Shown here piece after piece: positions 48,199 to 57,076 of a DNA stretch of 64,000 nucleotides (positions within the stretch are counted from its first letter, which is position 1; each line of letters opens with the position of its first letter). Under the pieces are notes generated by a model that saw only the letters and a list, made by a program, of their open reading frames with translations, did no database searches and had not been told where the DNA came from. The translations under genes were made by a program, and so were the position numbers. Source of the stretch: a virus; IMG/VR virus record IMGVR_UViG_3300009068_004979; one strand, written 5' to 3'.

Positions 48199-48348
48199 AT
48201 GATTATTTATAGTATATGCTCAACAGTTCGTAAGCAACAACAAAATATTATATAAAAACAAACCATCTCTAATATACTAGTAACTATCAAAATAGTTCCC
48301 GCCAACCCACCCCTAGTATATCAAGTATAACTGCTCCTTCGAGAATAT

Positions 48349-48579
48349 TTATTTTTGGTCAGCTAGTTTTTTTAATATACTATCAGCAACATGTTGTTTA
48401 TCATCCTGCAGGTGGGATTTACACTGTGGTAAAATAGCTTCTAACCATCGAGACTTGAAGCATTTGATCAAATCTATATTAACATTGCAGTTGAGTTGCT
48501 GCAATACATTTTGACATAGGAAATAAATTAATGATAATTCTTCTTCGTCTAAAGTATCAAGAAAGTTTTTGGTGATCAT
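48349..48579 (-). CDS. Hypothetical protein
   Basis: 76-aa ORF overlapping the upstream gene end. Confidence 0.5.
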   Translation of the reverse strand: MITKNFLDTLDEEELSLIYFLCQNVLQQLNCNVNIDLIKCFKSRWLEAILPQCKSHLQDDKQHVADSILKKLADQK

Positions 48580-49138
48580 TTAATTCTTTAATAAAGTTGT
48601 CAAGCTTGAAGCTTGTGTTTGTTTTGCTGCTCAATACAAATATAGTATAATACCCAAGTCGCTGAAAGCTAGGACAGACATCATCAAAAGAATTCGCATA
48701 AAGGTCTTCTAAATTACATGTCTCTTTAACCATATCAGCAACATATCTACCATCAATTGGGTAAATGCCTTTTTGCAGAAAGCTAAAACAATCATCACAT
48801 GTTAAATTATATTCACTCAAAAGATTTTTATAAAATTTTAAATTTACTTCTGCAGGCAGTGTTAGGTTGAGTTGCTCTAGCTGATTAATCAGCGGAATAT
48901 ATTTCGATTTAGCCGTTAATTTTAATCCACGTAAAAACATGGGCTGAATATTTTTTGTTGTAAGAAAATGAATATAGTTTACTGGATTGTAAGACTTTTT
49001 AATTTGCAGGCGCTCTTGATCATACTTGTTTTTAATAATAAACCCAATCATGACTGTTGGGTAGTCATTCTCATATAAAAATTGAAAACCATCAGTGTTC
49101 ACAGGTTCACCTGCGAAACCAATATCAATAAAGTTCAT
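48557..49138 (-). CDS. Hypothetical protein
   Basis: 193-aa ORF with TTGATC-N16-TATCAT promoter. Confidence 0.6.
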   Translation of the reverse strand: MNFIDIGFAGEPVNTDGFQFLYENDYPTVMIGFIIKNKYDQERLQIKKSYNPVNYIHFLTTKNIQPMFLRGLKLTAKSKYIPLINQLEQLNLTLPAEVNLKFYKNLLSEYNLTCDDCFSFLQKGIYPIDGRYVADMVKETCNLEDLYANSFDDVCPSFQRLGYYTIFVLSSKTNTSFKLDNFIKELNDHQKLS

Positions 49139-49179
49139 GTAGTTATGATAACTACATTATTTTCAAGATCAATGGGATA

Positions 49180-49569
49180 TTATCCTCTTTTTAAGAATTC
49201 AGATAATAGCAAGACGAGTAGCGAAGTTGCTGAAGCGATAATGGATGTTGTAATTGCTGTTCTGAAACTCCATTGGCTATGTGAGTTAGCAGATTTTTTA
49301 GTAAATTCTGTAGCTATTTGTGAAGAGATATTTGCAAATTTTTCTGTTACAACCTCTGTGATATTCTTAAATTTGAGTCCCATTTCCGATTCTAATGTTT
49401 CAAGCTTATGCTCGAGCATAGTTTCTAAAGAATTAATCTTGCTTTCTAATTTAGTAACTTGTGATACAAGTGATGGAGAGCCATTGCCTTGATACACAGT
49501 CTTATAAAGACTTTCGAGCTCTTTCTTTACTTGAATCAATTCTTTAGTCTGTGCTGTACTTTTTGCCAT
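49180..49569 (-). CDS. Coiled-coil protein with C-terminal TM helix (holin-like candidate)
   Basis: YQGNGSPSL..V..LE coiled coil; hydrophobic C-terminus. Confidence 0.5.
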   Translation of the reverse strand: MAKSTAQTKELIQVKKELESLYKTVYQGNGSPSLVSQVTKLESKINSLETMLEHKLETLESEMGLKFKNITEVVTEKFANISSQIATEFTKKSANSHSQWSFRTAITTSIIASATSLLVLLLSEFLKRG

Positions 49570-49572
49570 AAA

Positions 49573-49827
49573 TTATGTTACAGTAAAGGAATAAGAGAGT
49601 ATGCCTCTTGGCAAAGTATATACTCTTCCTTCTACACGCCCTTTTGCGTATTTGATTACAATAGTAACTCTATCATTTGTAACTATTGGACCGTTAATAA
49701 CTTCAACATTGCCTAAATTTATAGAGTAGCTCTTAATACCTGTTGTAACATCGAACACTTGCAACACGTTACGACCCTGAAGAACTGCAGTATATAACAC
49801 ATTCGGCAAAGAAGCTTTCTTTAGCAT
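49573..49827 (-). CDS. Hypothetical late protein
   Basis: TAAATA 6 nt upstream. Confidence 0.55.
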   Translation of the reverse strand: MLKKASLPNVLYTAVLQGRNVLQVFDVTTGIKSYSINLGNVEVINGPIVTNDRVTIVIKYAKGRVEGRVYTLPRGILSYSFTVT

Positions 49828-49878
49828 ATGAAATATTTATGTTGTTTATGAAGTGTTTTTAATAAATAATTCTGTACT

Positions 49879-51096
49879 ATGGCCAATCAGTTAACCAAGA
49901 TTCTTATTAGACGTGGTAGTGATGTACAGAGAAAGACCGCCAATACAGTAGGCATAGCTTTTGATTTAGGCGAACCGGCATTCACATTTGATACCAAGAG
50001 ATTGTATGTTGGCGACGGCATTACGTCTGGTGGAATTCCTGTGGGTGTCAGAAACTTGGGTTCTGTCGGCTCACTCTTCGGCAACGATACTAATGGATTC
50101 TCAACAGAAGCAGTTAATGTGTTTACATTAAGCGGATGTGAAGTAGGTGATTTAATTTACGACAGAACAACTCGAGTTCTTTACAGCTTGTCAGCAAGAA
50201 GCAACAATCCGCCCAACCCACCTCTTTCTGCAAATTTAACCAAGTATGATACAGCTGCACTTGTGGATGGATCATATATTGCATATAATACTAACAATCA
50301 ACTCACAATAGTTGATAATTCTATAGATCCTACAAAAGTAAGTTCATCCATAGCTGCACCAGGTGGAGGTCTGCAGAAAGTCTCAAATGTTGCTGGAATT
50401 AATATAGCTCCAAATGGTGTCATAAACACCATGCTTGATAACATGCCTGGTAACTCAACAAAAATTAACAACACCGGATCATCTAATACACCAAATGATG
50501 TTGTTGTGGGAATCAATCAAGTTGTAGGTCGCACAGCTACTTCTGCTCTTACAGCTATTAACTTTAGTGAAGTTGTAGCGGCAGCTGATTTCTACGGTAC
50601 AAATGGTATTGTTATTAATCGATCCAGCGGCACACCAGTAATATCTCTAAGCTCAGCAACATTTACACTTGCAAGTAATACCATTACAATATCACAACCA
50701 CTCACATTAACTCAAACACTCAGAGCTAATGGTGCAGCAGTATTTGGATCTTCACTGAGTGCAATTGGCATCATTTCCTCGTCTAATGATATTATTGCTT
50801 TCTCCACATCAGATGTATCTCTTAAAGAAAATATTAAGACAATAAGCTCTCCATTAGATAAGCTTAATAAAATATCTGGATATAATTTTGATTGGAAGAC
50901 TAGCGAATATGATCATCTCAAAGGATCTGATGTGGGTGTATTAGCTCATGAAGTGGAGCAAATTATACCTGAAGCAGTAACTACACGCCCCAATGGTATT
51001 AAAGCTGTTAATTATACAAAAGTAATACCTCTCTTAATTGAAAGTATTAAGCAATTAAAACAAGAGGTAACTGAGTTAAAAAATGAAAAGCTTTAA
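49879..51096 (+). CDS. Tail fibre with Mtd_N-like N-terminus and C-terminal intramolecular chaperone (peptidase S74)
   Basis: IRRG...GEPAFTFDTKRLYVGDG; SDVSLKENIK...GVLAHEVE...VNY. Confidence 0.85.
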   Translation: MANQLTKILIRRGSDVQRKTANTVGIAFDLGEPAFTFDTKRLYVGDGITSGGIPVGVRNLGSVGSLFGNDTNGFSTEAVNVFTLSGCEVGDLIYDRTTRVLYSLSARSNNPPNPPLSANLTKYDTAALVDGSYIAYNTNNQLTIVDNSIDPTKVSSSIAAPGGGLQKVSNVAGINIAPNGVINTMLDNMPGNSTKINNTGSSNTPNDVVVGINQVVGRTATSALTAINFSEVVAAADFYGTNGIVINRSSGTPVISLSSATFTLASNTITISQPLTLTQTLRANGAAVFGSSLSAIGIISSSNDIIAFSTSDVSLKENIKTISSPLDKLNKISGYNFDWKTSEYDHLKGSDVGVLAHEVEQIIPEAVTTRPNGIKAVNYTKVIPLLIESIKQLKQEVTELKNEKL

Positions 51097-51277
51097 AAGC
51101 TTTTTTGAAGCTAAGATATCACCTTTTGTAGCACGCACACAACAGACAGCTGCAAGCCCAGGTACAAACATAGGCATGACATCTGGTGACTTGTTGAACA
51201 CATTTCCGAGCTCAATCAAGCAAGTTTCTATTACATTACCAAAAAAGAAAAAAATTAAACTGCAGAAAAAAGTTTAA
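51083..51277 (+). CDS. Small internal-protein-like peptide
   Basis: MKSFKSFFE N-terminus; KKKK tail. Confidence 0.55.
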   Translation: MKSFKSFFEAKISPFVARTQQTAASPGTNIGMTSGDLLNTFPSSIKQVSITLPKKKKIKLQKKV

Positions 51278-51833
51278 TGATACCCTGGGCTCTTCTGCCC
51301 ACTTGTGTGGCCCATTTACTCTTTTGTAATTCACCAGCAGCAGAATTATAATCACCACTAGCTATATGCTCTTTTGTTTTTATAAATTTGCTTAACCTAG
51401 TATAGCCTAAGTTAAAAGATAGATCTAAAATGCCTAATTTTATATTCTTAGGCAAACTGTCAAATTGTGGCAACCATTTTTTTGCATCTTGATAAGCAAT
51501 TCCTAGCGTAATACGAAATATGTCTTTAACTTGATCATCAGTTAGTGTCTGCCTTCCACTCAATATAGCATCATAATCTGCACCAGCTTGTGACGCTATC
51601 TTCTTTGCGTCTGGTCTAAGCAAATTTAAACCAATTCCTATGGTAGGGATACCGCGCGAGTCGTTGTAAACATGAGGACGGTACCCTTCATGATCTTTTA
51701 TAAATGCATAAACATCATCAAATGTTAGCTTGGTATCAACCGCTCTCTGTATCATTGCAGGGGGCGGTTCTGCAGGTGGAGGAACATCACCAACTGCTTC
51801 CAGTATTCGTTTTACGGCTTTATAGAAACGCAC
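51255..51833 (-). CDS. Phage lysozyme (GH24)
   Basis: HEG...Y.D..G.PTIGIG, FNLG, SKWATQVGRRA. Confidence 0.92.
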   Translation of the reverse strand: MRFYKAVKRILEAVGDVPPPAEPPPAMIQRAVDTKLTFDDVYAFIKDHEGYRPHVYNDSRGIPTIGIGLNLLRPDAKKIASQAGADYDAILSGRQTLTDDQVKDIFRITLGIAYQDAKKWLPQFDSLPKNIKLGILDLSFNLGYTRLSKFIKTKEHIASGDYNSAAGELQKSKWATQVGRRAQGIIKLFSAV

Positions 51834-51841
51834 GTAAATAT

Positions 51842-52444
51842 TTAATTAAGAATAGCTACTTTTACGATCTTAGGATTACTGTTAGCGAAATCTATGGCAT
51901 CGCTTTTGTTAACAAAGAACACATCAATTACCGGTAATTTTCCACCTGAAGCTGTCTTACTAACAACAGCACTGCCTGTGTCGACAGCCTTAACTAACCC
52001 CACATTAGGAATTAATACTTCTTTAGTATATGGTATGATCTTTGGGTCTACTGCAATTGAATCTCCTTGTTTGAGTGTATAGCCTGTAGAGCTTCTCATT
52101 CTTCTGCTATCTGCATCAGTACCACTACCTCTGGCCCAATAAACTGTGAGTCTCACAGTTAGAATTTTAAGCTTGGAACTGGCTGTCTGGGGGATAAACT
52201 CTCCATTGTATTTGATGCCATTGCTCTCAACTTTTAATTTCTTCGCTAATTGAGCTTCTTTCTGCGGCGATACATTTTTTAATTCATCTTTAACACCCAC
52301 AACACTCAAAGGAGATTTAATTTTAGCATACGAAAATGTGCTAAAAGATGCCGTGGATGCAATCAAGGCGACGATTAGTGTGATTAGCTTGTTTGTTTTT
52401 GTGTTTGTTTTCATAAGAATAAGAAGTGCCAAATATGGCAACAA
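51842..52444 (-). CDS. 3D-domain (MltA-like) cell-wall protein with a signal/anchor
   Basis: IAVDPKIIPY, AVDTG, IDVF; hydrophobic N-terminal segment; start may be at MKTNTK. Confidence 0.8.
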   Translation of the reverse strand: MLPYLALLILMKTNTKTNKLITLIVALIASTASFSTFSYAKIKSPLSVVGVKDELKNVSPQKEAQLAKKLKVESNGIKYNGEFIPQTASSKLKILTVRLTVYWARGSGTDADSRRMRSSTGYTLKQGDSIAVDPKIIPYTKEVLIPNVGLVKAVDTGSAVVSKTASGGKLPVIDVFFVNKSDAIDFANSNPKIVKVAILN

Positions 52445-52484
52445 TGCCCTAGGGGCATAAAATCTGTTTTACTAGTAACATTAT

Positions 52485-52937
52485 TTATTCTATGTTACAG
52501 GGTTCCCAAGGGAAGGCAAGCCATGTTTTCTGGCTAAATTCTTTAACAAAGAAGTCTGGTCTAAATAATGTCTGTTTCTTCACATACAGGCAAGCCGCTT
52601 TAATCTCTTTAGACTCAAGAATACCCACGGTATCAATGAAGCTACTGCCAGTGTCCGAAAGATCATCCATGATAATAACCTTATTAAGTTTTTCGAAACT
52701 TGGCACTTGATAAATCTCTTTAACTATTTGCTCCTGATTTAAGTATGATTTATAACCCAGGCTGAATACTTTCTCTATGCCAAGTAAATGGCTTAGCATG
52801 ACTGCAGGTACTAGCCCACCGCGACTCAGACCTAAAATATTATATTCTTTATAATCAGGTAGCTGTTCTTTTATTTGATTAGCTAGCTTGTCACAATCAT
52901 TGCCAATTGTTTTCCAGCTTAGTTTTCTAATGCTCAT
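52485..52937 (-). CDS. Type I purine phosphoribosyltransferase (Gpt-like)
   Basis: GLSRGGLVPA, IIMDDLSDTGSS, WLAFPWE. Confidence 0.9.
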   Translation of the reverse strand: MSIRKLSWKTIGNDCDKLANQIKEQLPDYKEYNILGLSRGGLVPAVMLSHLLGIEKVFSLGYKSYLNQEQIVKEIYQVPSFEKLNKVIIMDDLSDTGSSFIDTVGILESKEIKAACLYVKKQTLFRPDFFVKEFSQKTWLAFPWEPCNIE

Positions 52938-52983
52938 TCAACCATAATAACGGAACTGTGCAAAAGTTCAATTAAAAAAGGTG

Positions 52984-53316
52984 TCAGGTGTTTTTGCGGT
53001 ATGTGTCTACTTGTTCCAAATTAGCCTTAGCGCGCTCTACTATGGTATGTAAATATTTTTTATAATCATTAGCAGGCATGTCATTAATGATATTGGTAAG
53101 TGTACCAATGGTTGTTATTAATGAAGCTCTTAACAGACCAATAGCTTTGTCATCACTGTCAATGGCTTCTTGATTCTCGTCTCTGTAAGTTGCTAGTGGC
53201 TGCTGATTGGTAGCTAAAATACTGAACCGGTTATCATGATTCATGCTGGCAGGTGGATTTACTTGAACTGCTTTGGCCTGGTAGGCTTCTACAATAGCTT
53301 TTATGTCCTTAGTCAC
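52984..53316 (-). CDS. Putative internal protein
   Basis: TAAATA 5 nt before GTG; DIKAIVEAY N-terminus. Confidence 0.55.
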   Translation of the reverse strand: MTKDIKAIVEAYQAKAVQVNPPASMNHDNRFSILATNQQPLATYRDENQEAIDSDDKAIGLLRASLITTIGTLTNIINDMPANDYKKYLHTIVERAKANLEQVDTYRKNT

Positions 53317-53328
53317 CTAAGTATTTAT

Positions 53329-53562
53329 GTGGATGACAAGTATGAATTTGACACACGCAAAGAAGCTGCCGAATATATAATTGATCATTGGGAATATTAT
53401 AAAGTCTGTGATGGGTGTGATTCTATTGTAACACTCAAAACTCGCATTTGCCCAGTGTGTGCTACTTACAGATTTGACGCAAGCAAGAAGACTGTGGTAT
53501 CTATGGCTAAAGAATTAAGCAAACACGATCAGCGAAGCTTGCTGCATGATGATTTATTCTAG
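53329..53562 (+). CDS. Small zinc-ribbon protein (start uncertain)
   Basis: KVCDGCDSIV...CPVC..YRF. Confidence 0.6.
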   Translation: MDDKYEFDTRKEAAEYIIDHWEYYKVCDGCDSIVTLKTRICPVCATYRFDASKKTVVSMAKELSKHDQRSLLHDDLF

Positions 53563-53751
53563 ATAAAGATACTCGTTTAAATGTGCTGATAGGTATATAA
53601 CACGCTTCATTATCTCATCTTTTGTTTCAGTATTCCTTATCTTTTTTGCTTTAAGATACATGTTAATAACCATGTCAGCAGTAACTTTCTGTGTTCCTTG
53701 AGGCTGTTTATTATCGCCTTTCACATATGTATTTATCTTTATTTTAAACAT
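53554..53751 (-). CDS. Hypothetical protein
   Basis: Short ORF; start uncertain. Confidence 0.4.
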   Translation of the reverse strand: MFKIKINTYVKGDNKQPQGTQKVTADMVINMYLKAKKIRNTETKDEIMKRVIYLSAHLNEYLYLE

Positions 53752-53791
53752 GCAACTAGTTGATTTTTAAAAGCTTACTATAATTACTAGT

Positions 53792-53977
53792 ATGAGTAAT
53801 ACAGCCGATACATTTAAAACCTTGGTAGAAACATTTGCCGGAGACTATGAAAAGTTTCAAAGCGGCAACAATGCAGCAGGCACCCGCTCTCGCAAGAGTT
53901 TGCAGGAGATTATCAAGCTAGCTCGAGACACTCGCAAGGCTATTCAAGAAGAGAAGAATAGCCGCAAGAACAAATAA
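53792..53977 (+). CDS. Histone H1-like (Hc1 family) protein
   Basis: EKF..GNNAAGTRSRK.L.EI....R..I. Confidence 0.8.
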   Translation: MSNTADTFKTLVETFAGDYEKFQSGNNAAGTRSRKSLQEIIKLARDTRKAIQEEKNSRKNK

Positions 53978-54012
53978 GCTGTTTCTAGGTATTCATAAGA
54001 ATAAATATTCTT

Positions 54013-55098
54013 ATGAATCAAGATGCTAAGCTTATCTTTGAAGCCTATAATAAACGTCTTAACGAAGGTCTGTTTGATAGGGCCAAAGCCACTGCTGCTG
54101 GAATAGGTGGTGCTATCAAAGGTGCTGGTTCTCGCTTAGCGGCAGGTGCTCAAGGCGCAGTAGCAGGACTAACTGGCAATGTAGCAGCTGCACAAGCTGC
54201 TGGTCAGAAAGGTGCAGCCGGCAAACAAATGGCGCAAGATGCTAAGGTTCAAAGCATTGTTAATTCACATTCACAAAAGATCAAAAAAGCTATAAATGAT
54301 TATACTGGCGACTTAGTTAAACTGAAAGTAATGGAGCCAAAGGCAGCTACAGATCTTACTAATAAGTTTACACAATCAGCTCTTTCTTATGCAAATGCCA
54401 CGCGCGTAACAGGTACGCCTACTGCTGCAACTGCTACTGCTGCTACTGCTCCTACAGTGCCACCAGTATTGAAGCCTGCTGCAACTTCTGTGCCTACAGC
54501 TGCAGCTAAGAAAATTGTTCCTAAAACACCGACAAAGCCAGCTGCCCCAACACCGGTCACTACTGCAGCTACACCATCTGTTCCAGCACCAGTTGCTGCT
54601 GTTCCAGGCACTAGCGTTACATCACCAACAACAGCACCTGCAGGTGCTGCACCTGCGGCTAGTGCTCCAGCTAAGCCAGCTTCTGTAAAAACCAAGGGAC
54701 CATCTACTGCCTCTGCAAGCAAAACTACAGCTAGTGTGCATAGCTTACCTCAAAAAGATAAAATTAAAGCACTCTTATTAAAACCTGCAAGAAGCCCTGC
54801 AACAAAACTTCCCTCTGGAGAGATGAAGCAGCTTATGAGTGCTGCAAAATTTGTTGCTGGTAAATATCATGCAGACAAAGGACAGCCAGGCAAAGGCTCT
54901 GTACAAGATGGCATTGACTTGCTCAAATCTGAAAAAGACCTGTCATCCTACGATAAACCACTAGAAGATTTAAAACAACAAATATTAAATTCTACTGGTT
55001 TGAATGCTGATGAATTAACTGAAATTTTAAGTGACCCTGCAGTACAGAAAAAATTAGGCGAATCAACTAACTCGTTTAAAAACTATTTTGTTTTTTAG
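54013..55098 (+). CDS. Ala/Pro/Thr-rich putative internal protein
   Basis: MNQDAKLIFEAY...LNEGLFDR; low-complexity linker; late promoter. Confidence 0.65.
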   Translation: MNQDAKLIFEAYNKRLNEGLFDRAKATAAGIGGAIKGAGSRLAAGAQGAVAGLTGNVAAAQAAGQKGAAGKQMAQDAKVQSIVNSHSQKIKKAINDYTGDLVKLKVMEPKAATDLTNKFTQSALSYANATRVTGTPTAATATAATAPTVPPVLKPAATSVPTAAAKKIVPKTPTKPAAPTPVTTAATPSVPAPVAAVPGTSVTSPTTAPAGAAPAASAPAKPASVKTKGPSTASASKTTASVHSLPQKDKIKALLLKPARSPATKLPSGEMKQLMSAAKFVAGKYHADKGQPGKGSVQDGIDLLKSEKDLSSYDKPLEDLKQQILNSTGLNADELTEILSDPAVQKKLGESTNSFKNYFVF

Positions 55099-55406
55099 CG
55101 CTCTTTGCGGTGAATGCGACGCATGGTGTTGATGATATGATCTGCTAACTCATCATTCTTGCAGCACTGATAAATAGAATCCACAAGAATATAAGCTGCA
55201 TGATTGGCTTTGCGAGGGGTATCAATATGATTCATATTGATTGTGCGGCCAGCTTTTGTTTCATTCTGTTGTGAGAAGCTGGGCTTGTTAGCCACCGGTT
55301 GAGCGCTTAATGCAGGTGGTGGAGGAACAACAGCAGGAATCTTTAGATTGGTCTGCGGCACAATGGCTTCAGTATATAGGTTGTTTAATTCGTCAATGTA
55401 ACTCAC
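55095..55406 (-). CDS. Putative internal protein
   Basis: TAAGTA 5 nt before GTG; ELNNLYTE. Confidence 0.55.
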   Translation of the reverse strand: MSYIDELNNLYTEAIVPQTNLKIPAVVPPPPALSAQPVANKPSFSQQNETKAGRTINMNHIDTPRKANHAAYILVDSIYQCCKNDELADHIINTMRRIHRKER

Positions 55407-55429
55407 ACATATACTTATGCTCTCGCGTA

Positions 55430-55630
55430 TTACTTGCGCAGAGCAGCAGACAATTTCTGCTTGAGCTGCAACACGTACTTGCCTACAAAACCATCAATAG
55501 CTTTATTGGCTCCATCAATGCCTGAGGCATCAATGATACGCTGCAATTCAGCAGTATCAAACAAAGCTGTAAATGTTTCGAGCTCTTTGTTTTTGTCAGT
55601 CTTTATAGATGTTTCAATGGCTATCTTCAT
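55430..55630 (-). CDS. Hypothetical late protein
   Basis: TAAATA 6 nt upstream. Confidence 0.5.
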   Translation of the reverse strand: MKIAIETSIKTDKNKELETFTALFDTAELQRIIDASGIDGANKAIDGFVGKYVLQLKQKLSAALRK

Positions 55631-55664
55631 ATGGACTATTTAACTGTAACTGAATCAATAGCAA

Positions 55665-55865
55665 CTAATCGTGTTTTTGCGTTTTAGTAGTTTTCTTATC
55701 TGATTGCTGTTGCTTGAGACGCACCATGTGTTCCAGCACATGCTCATAGTATTTGCTGCTGCTATTGCCCAGACGGAACAGAATTTCTTCACATTCCTTG
55801 AGAGAGAGTCGATTCACTTTCTTCTTATGCGGCATAAGAATATTTAATAAACCCCAAGTATTCAT
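55665..55865 (-). CDS. Hypothetical basic protein (start uncertain)
   Basis: Short ORF divergent from the carbonic anhydrase gene. Confidence 0.4.
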   Translation of the reverse strand: MNTWGLLNILMPHKKKVNRLSLKECEEILFRLGNSSSKYYEHVLEHMVRLKQQQSDKKTTKTQKHD

Positions 55866-55890
55866 ATGTGCAAAAGCATAAGTATTTTTT

Positions 55891-56898
55891 ATGGCTCTGC
55901 CTCCTAATGCATTAGACGTAGCACGACTCAAGAGAATGTCACCACATTTGTCTTATCAAACATTGGCACAATCATTTGGCAATGCTCAAGCCACAATTAC
56001 TGCCCCACGCACACCTCCAGGGCCCATACAGCCTGCATACACAAACACAATTCGCTTGTGTGCATATCCTAATGCAGTACTTGCAGAAGATTTCGGTAGT
56101 AAGTGTGCCACCTTCATACAGTCGTTGTGCGGCTATGTAGCCAGTGATGTGGTTACTGCAGCATGCATATGTTCTGATGATAAAAATGCTCCTATCTTTC
56201 CTGGTAATGATTTTGGTCAGTATCCTGTGTCATTGCAGCAATTTTCTGGTCCGTTCTTCGCAGGTGGCATTGGTGGTTATCCATTCCCAGGCATTGTGGG
56301 ATTGTTTGCATGGTCTTCACACATCACTGACACAGGTGCATTGTTCTTATATGTGCAACCACACATTGGTGTTACAGTGGATGGTCGCTCCGGGTTCATG
56401 AATCGCAGAGGTCAAGGATCAGTTTCTGGCACATGTGGTGCAGTGGCTGCCGCGCAAGGTCGCATCATTGGCACACTGAGTGCAGTGCAACCCACATACC
56501 CAAGTAGTGAATTTACAGCCAATGATTTCCAGCAATTCACACTGACAAATATTTTGTGGAGCAATGCCACAGTGCGCAGTGCACTCACATCCAACCGTCA
56601 AACATACAATGATGTGGCAAGTCCTACACAGCAAGGCTATGGTGCCAGAATGGTTATAGCTACCAATGCTATTCGCGATGCATCAGCCAGTGTGGCAAGA
56701 AATTGCTTATCAGCTGCTTATACTGCTTTCTTTGGAGCCAATTCTGCACGTGATGTGTTCTTCAGTGTGGGTACTTTCATTAACGTGGACGATGGTTACA
56801 AGGCATATGTGGATGTGAACACATTTGAACGTTACAATGCTTACACTGGCAGGTTTGTTACACTAACCAATGCATTTACAGCGGGCCTATTACCTTAA
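55891..56898 (+). CDS. LCIB/C-type (limiting-CO2-inducible) beta-carbonic-anhydrase-like protein
   Basis: C.DD, GPFFAGGIGGYPF.G..G..A...H, PHIG, G...R.GQ, CGA (Cys/His/Cys Zn ligands). Confidence 0.78.
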   Translation: MALPPNALDVARLKRMSPHLSYQTLAQSFGNAQATITAPRTPPGPIQPAYTNTIRLCAYPNAVLAEDFGSKCATFIQSLCGYVASDVVTAACICSDDKNAPIFPGNDFGQYPVSLQQFSGPFFAGGIGGYPFPGIVGLFAWSSHITDTGALFLYVQPHIGVTVDGRSGFMNRRGQGSVSGTCGAVAAAQGRIIGTLSAVQPTYPSSEFTANDFQQFTLTNILWSNATVRSALTSNRQTYNDVASPTQQGYGARMVIATNAIRDASASVARNCLSAAYTAFFGANSARDVFFSVGTFINVDDGYKAYVDVNTFERYNAYTGRFVTLTNAFTAGLLP

Positions 56899-57026
56899 CG
56901 GCGCTTTTTGCCTTTATCTGACCGAATCTTACGCGCATTAACGCCACATGCTTCTCTCAGATATTTGGCATGAGAAGCAGTAGCTGTCTTGGCTCGTGGT
57001 GTTCCTGATACAAATTTACGATGCAT
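56895..57026 (-). CDS. 43-aa basic peptide, not in the ORF track
   Basis: MHRKFVSGTPRAKTATASHAKYLREACGVNARKIRSDKGKKRR; TTGATT-N16-TATTAT-N6-ATG. Confidence 0.55.
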   Translation of the reverse strand: MHRKFVSGTPRAKTATASHAKYLREACGVNARKIRSDKGKKRR

Positions 57027-57076
57027 AACATGATAATAATGCATTTTTAACGAGAATCAATTAAATAAATATTAAC

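Noticed and set aside
49879-51096. Diversity-generating retroelement suggested by the Mtd_N-like domain
   Set aside because: No reverse transcriptase or template/variable repeat pair seen; the C-terminus is an S74 chaperone
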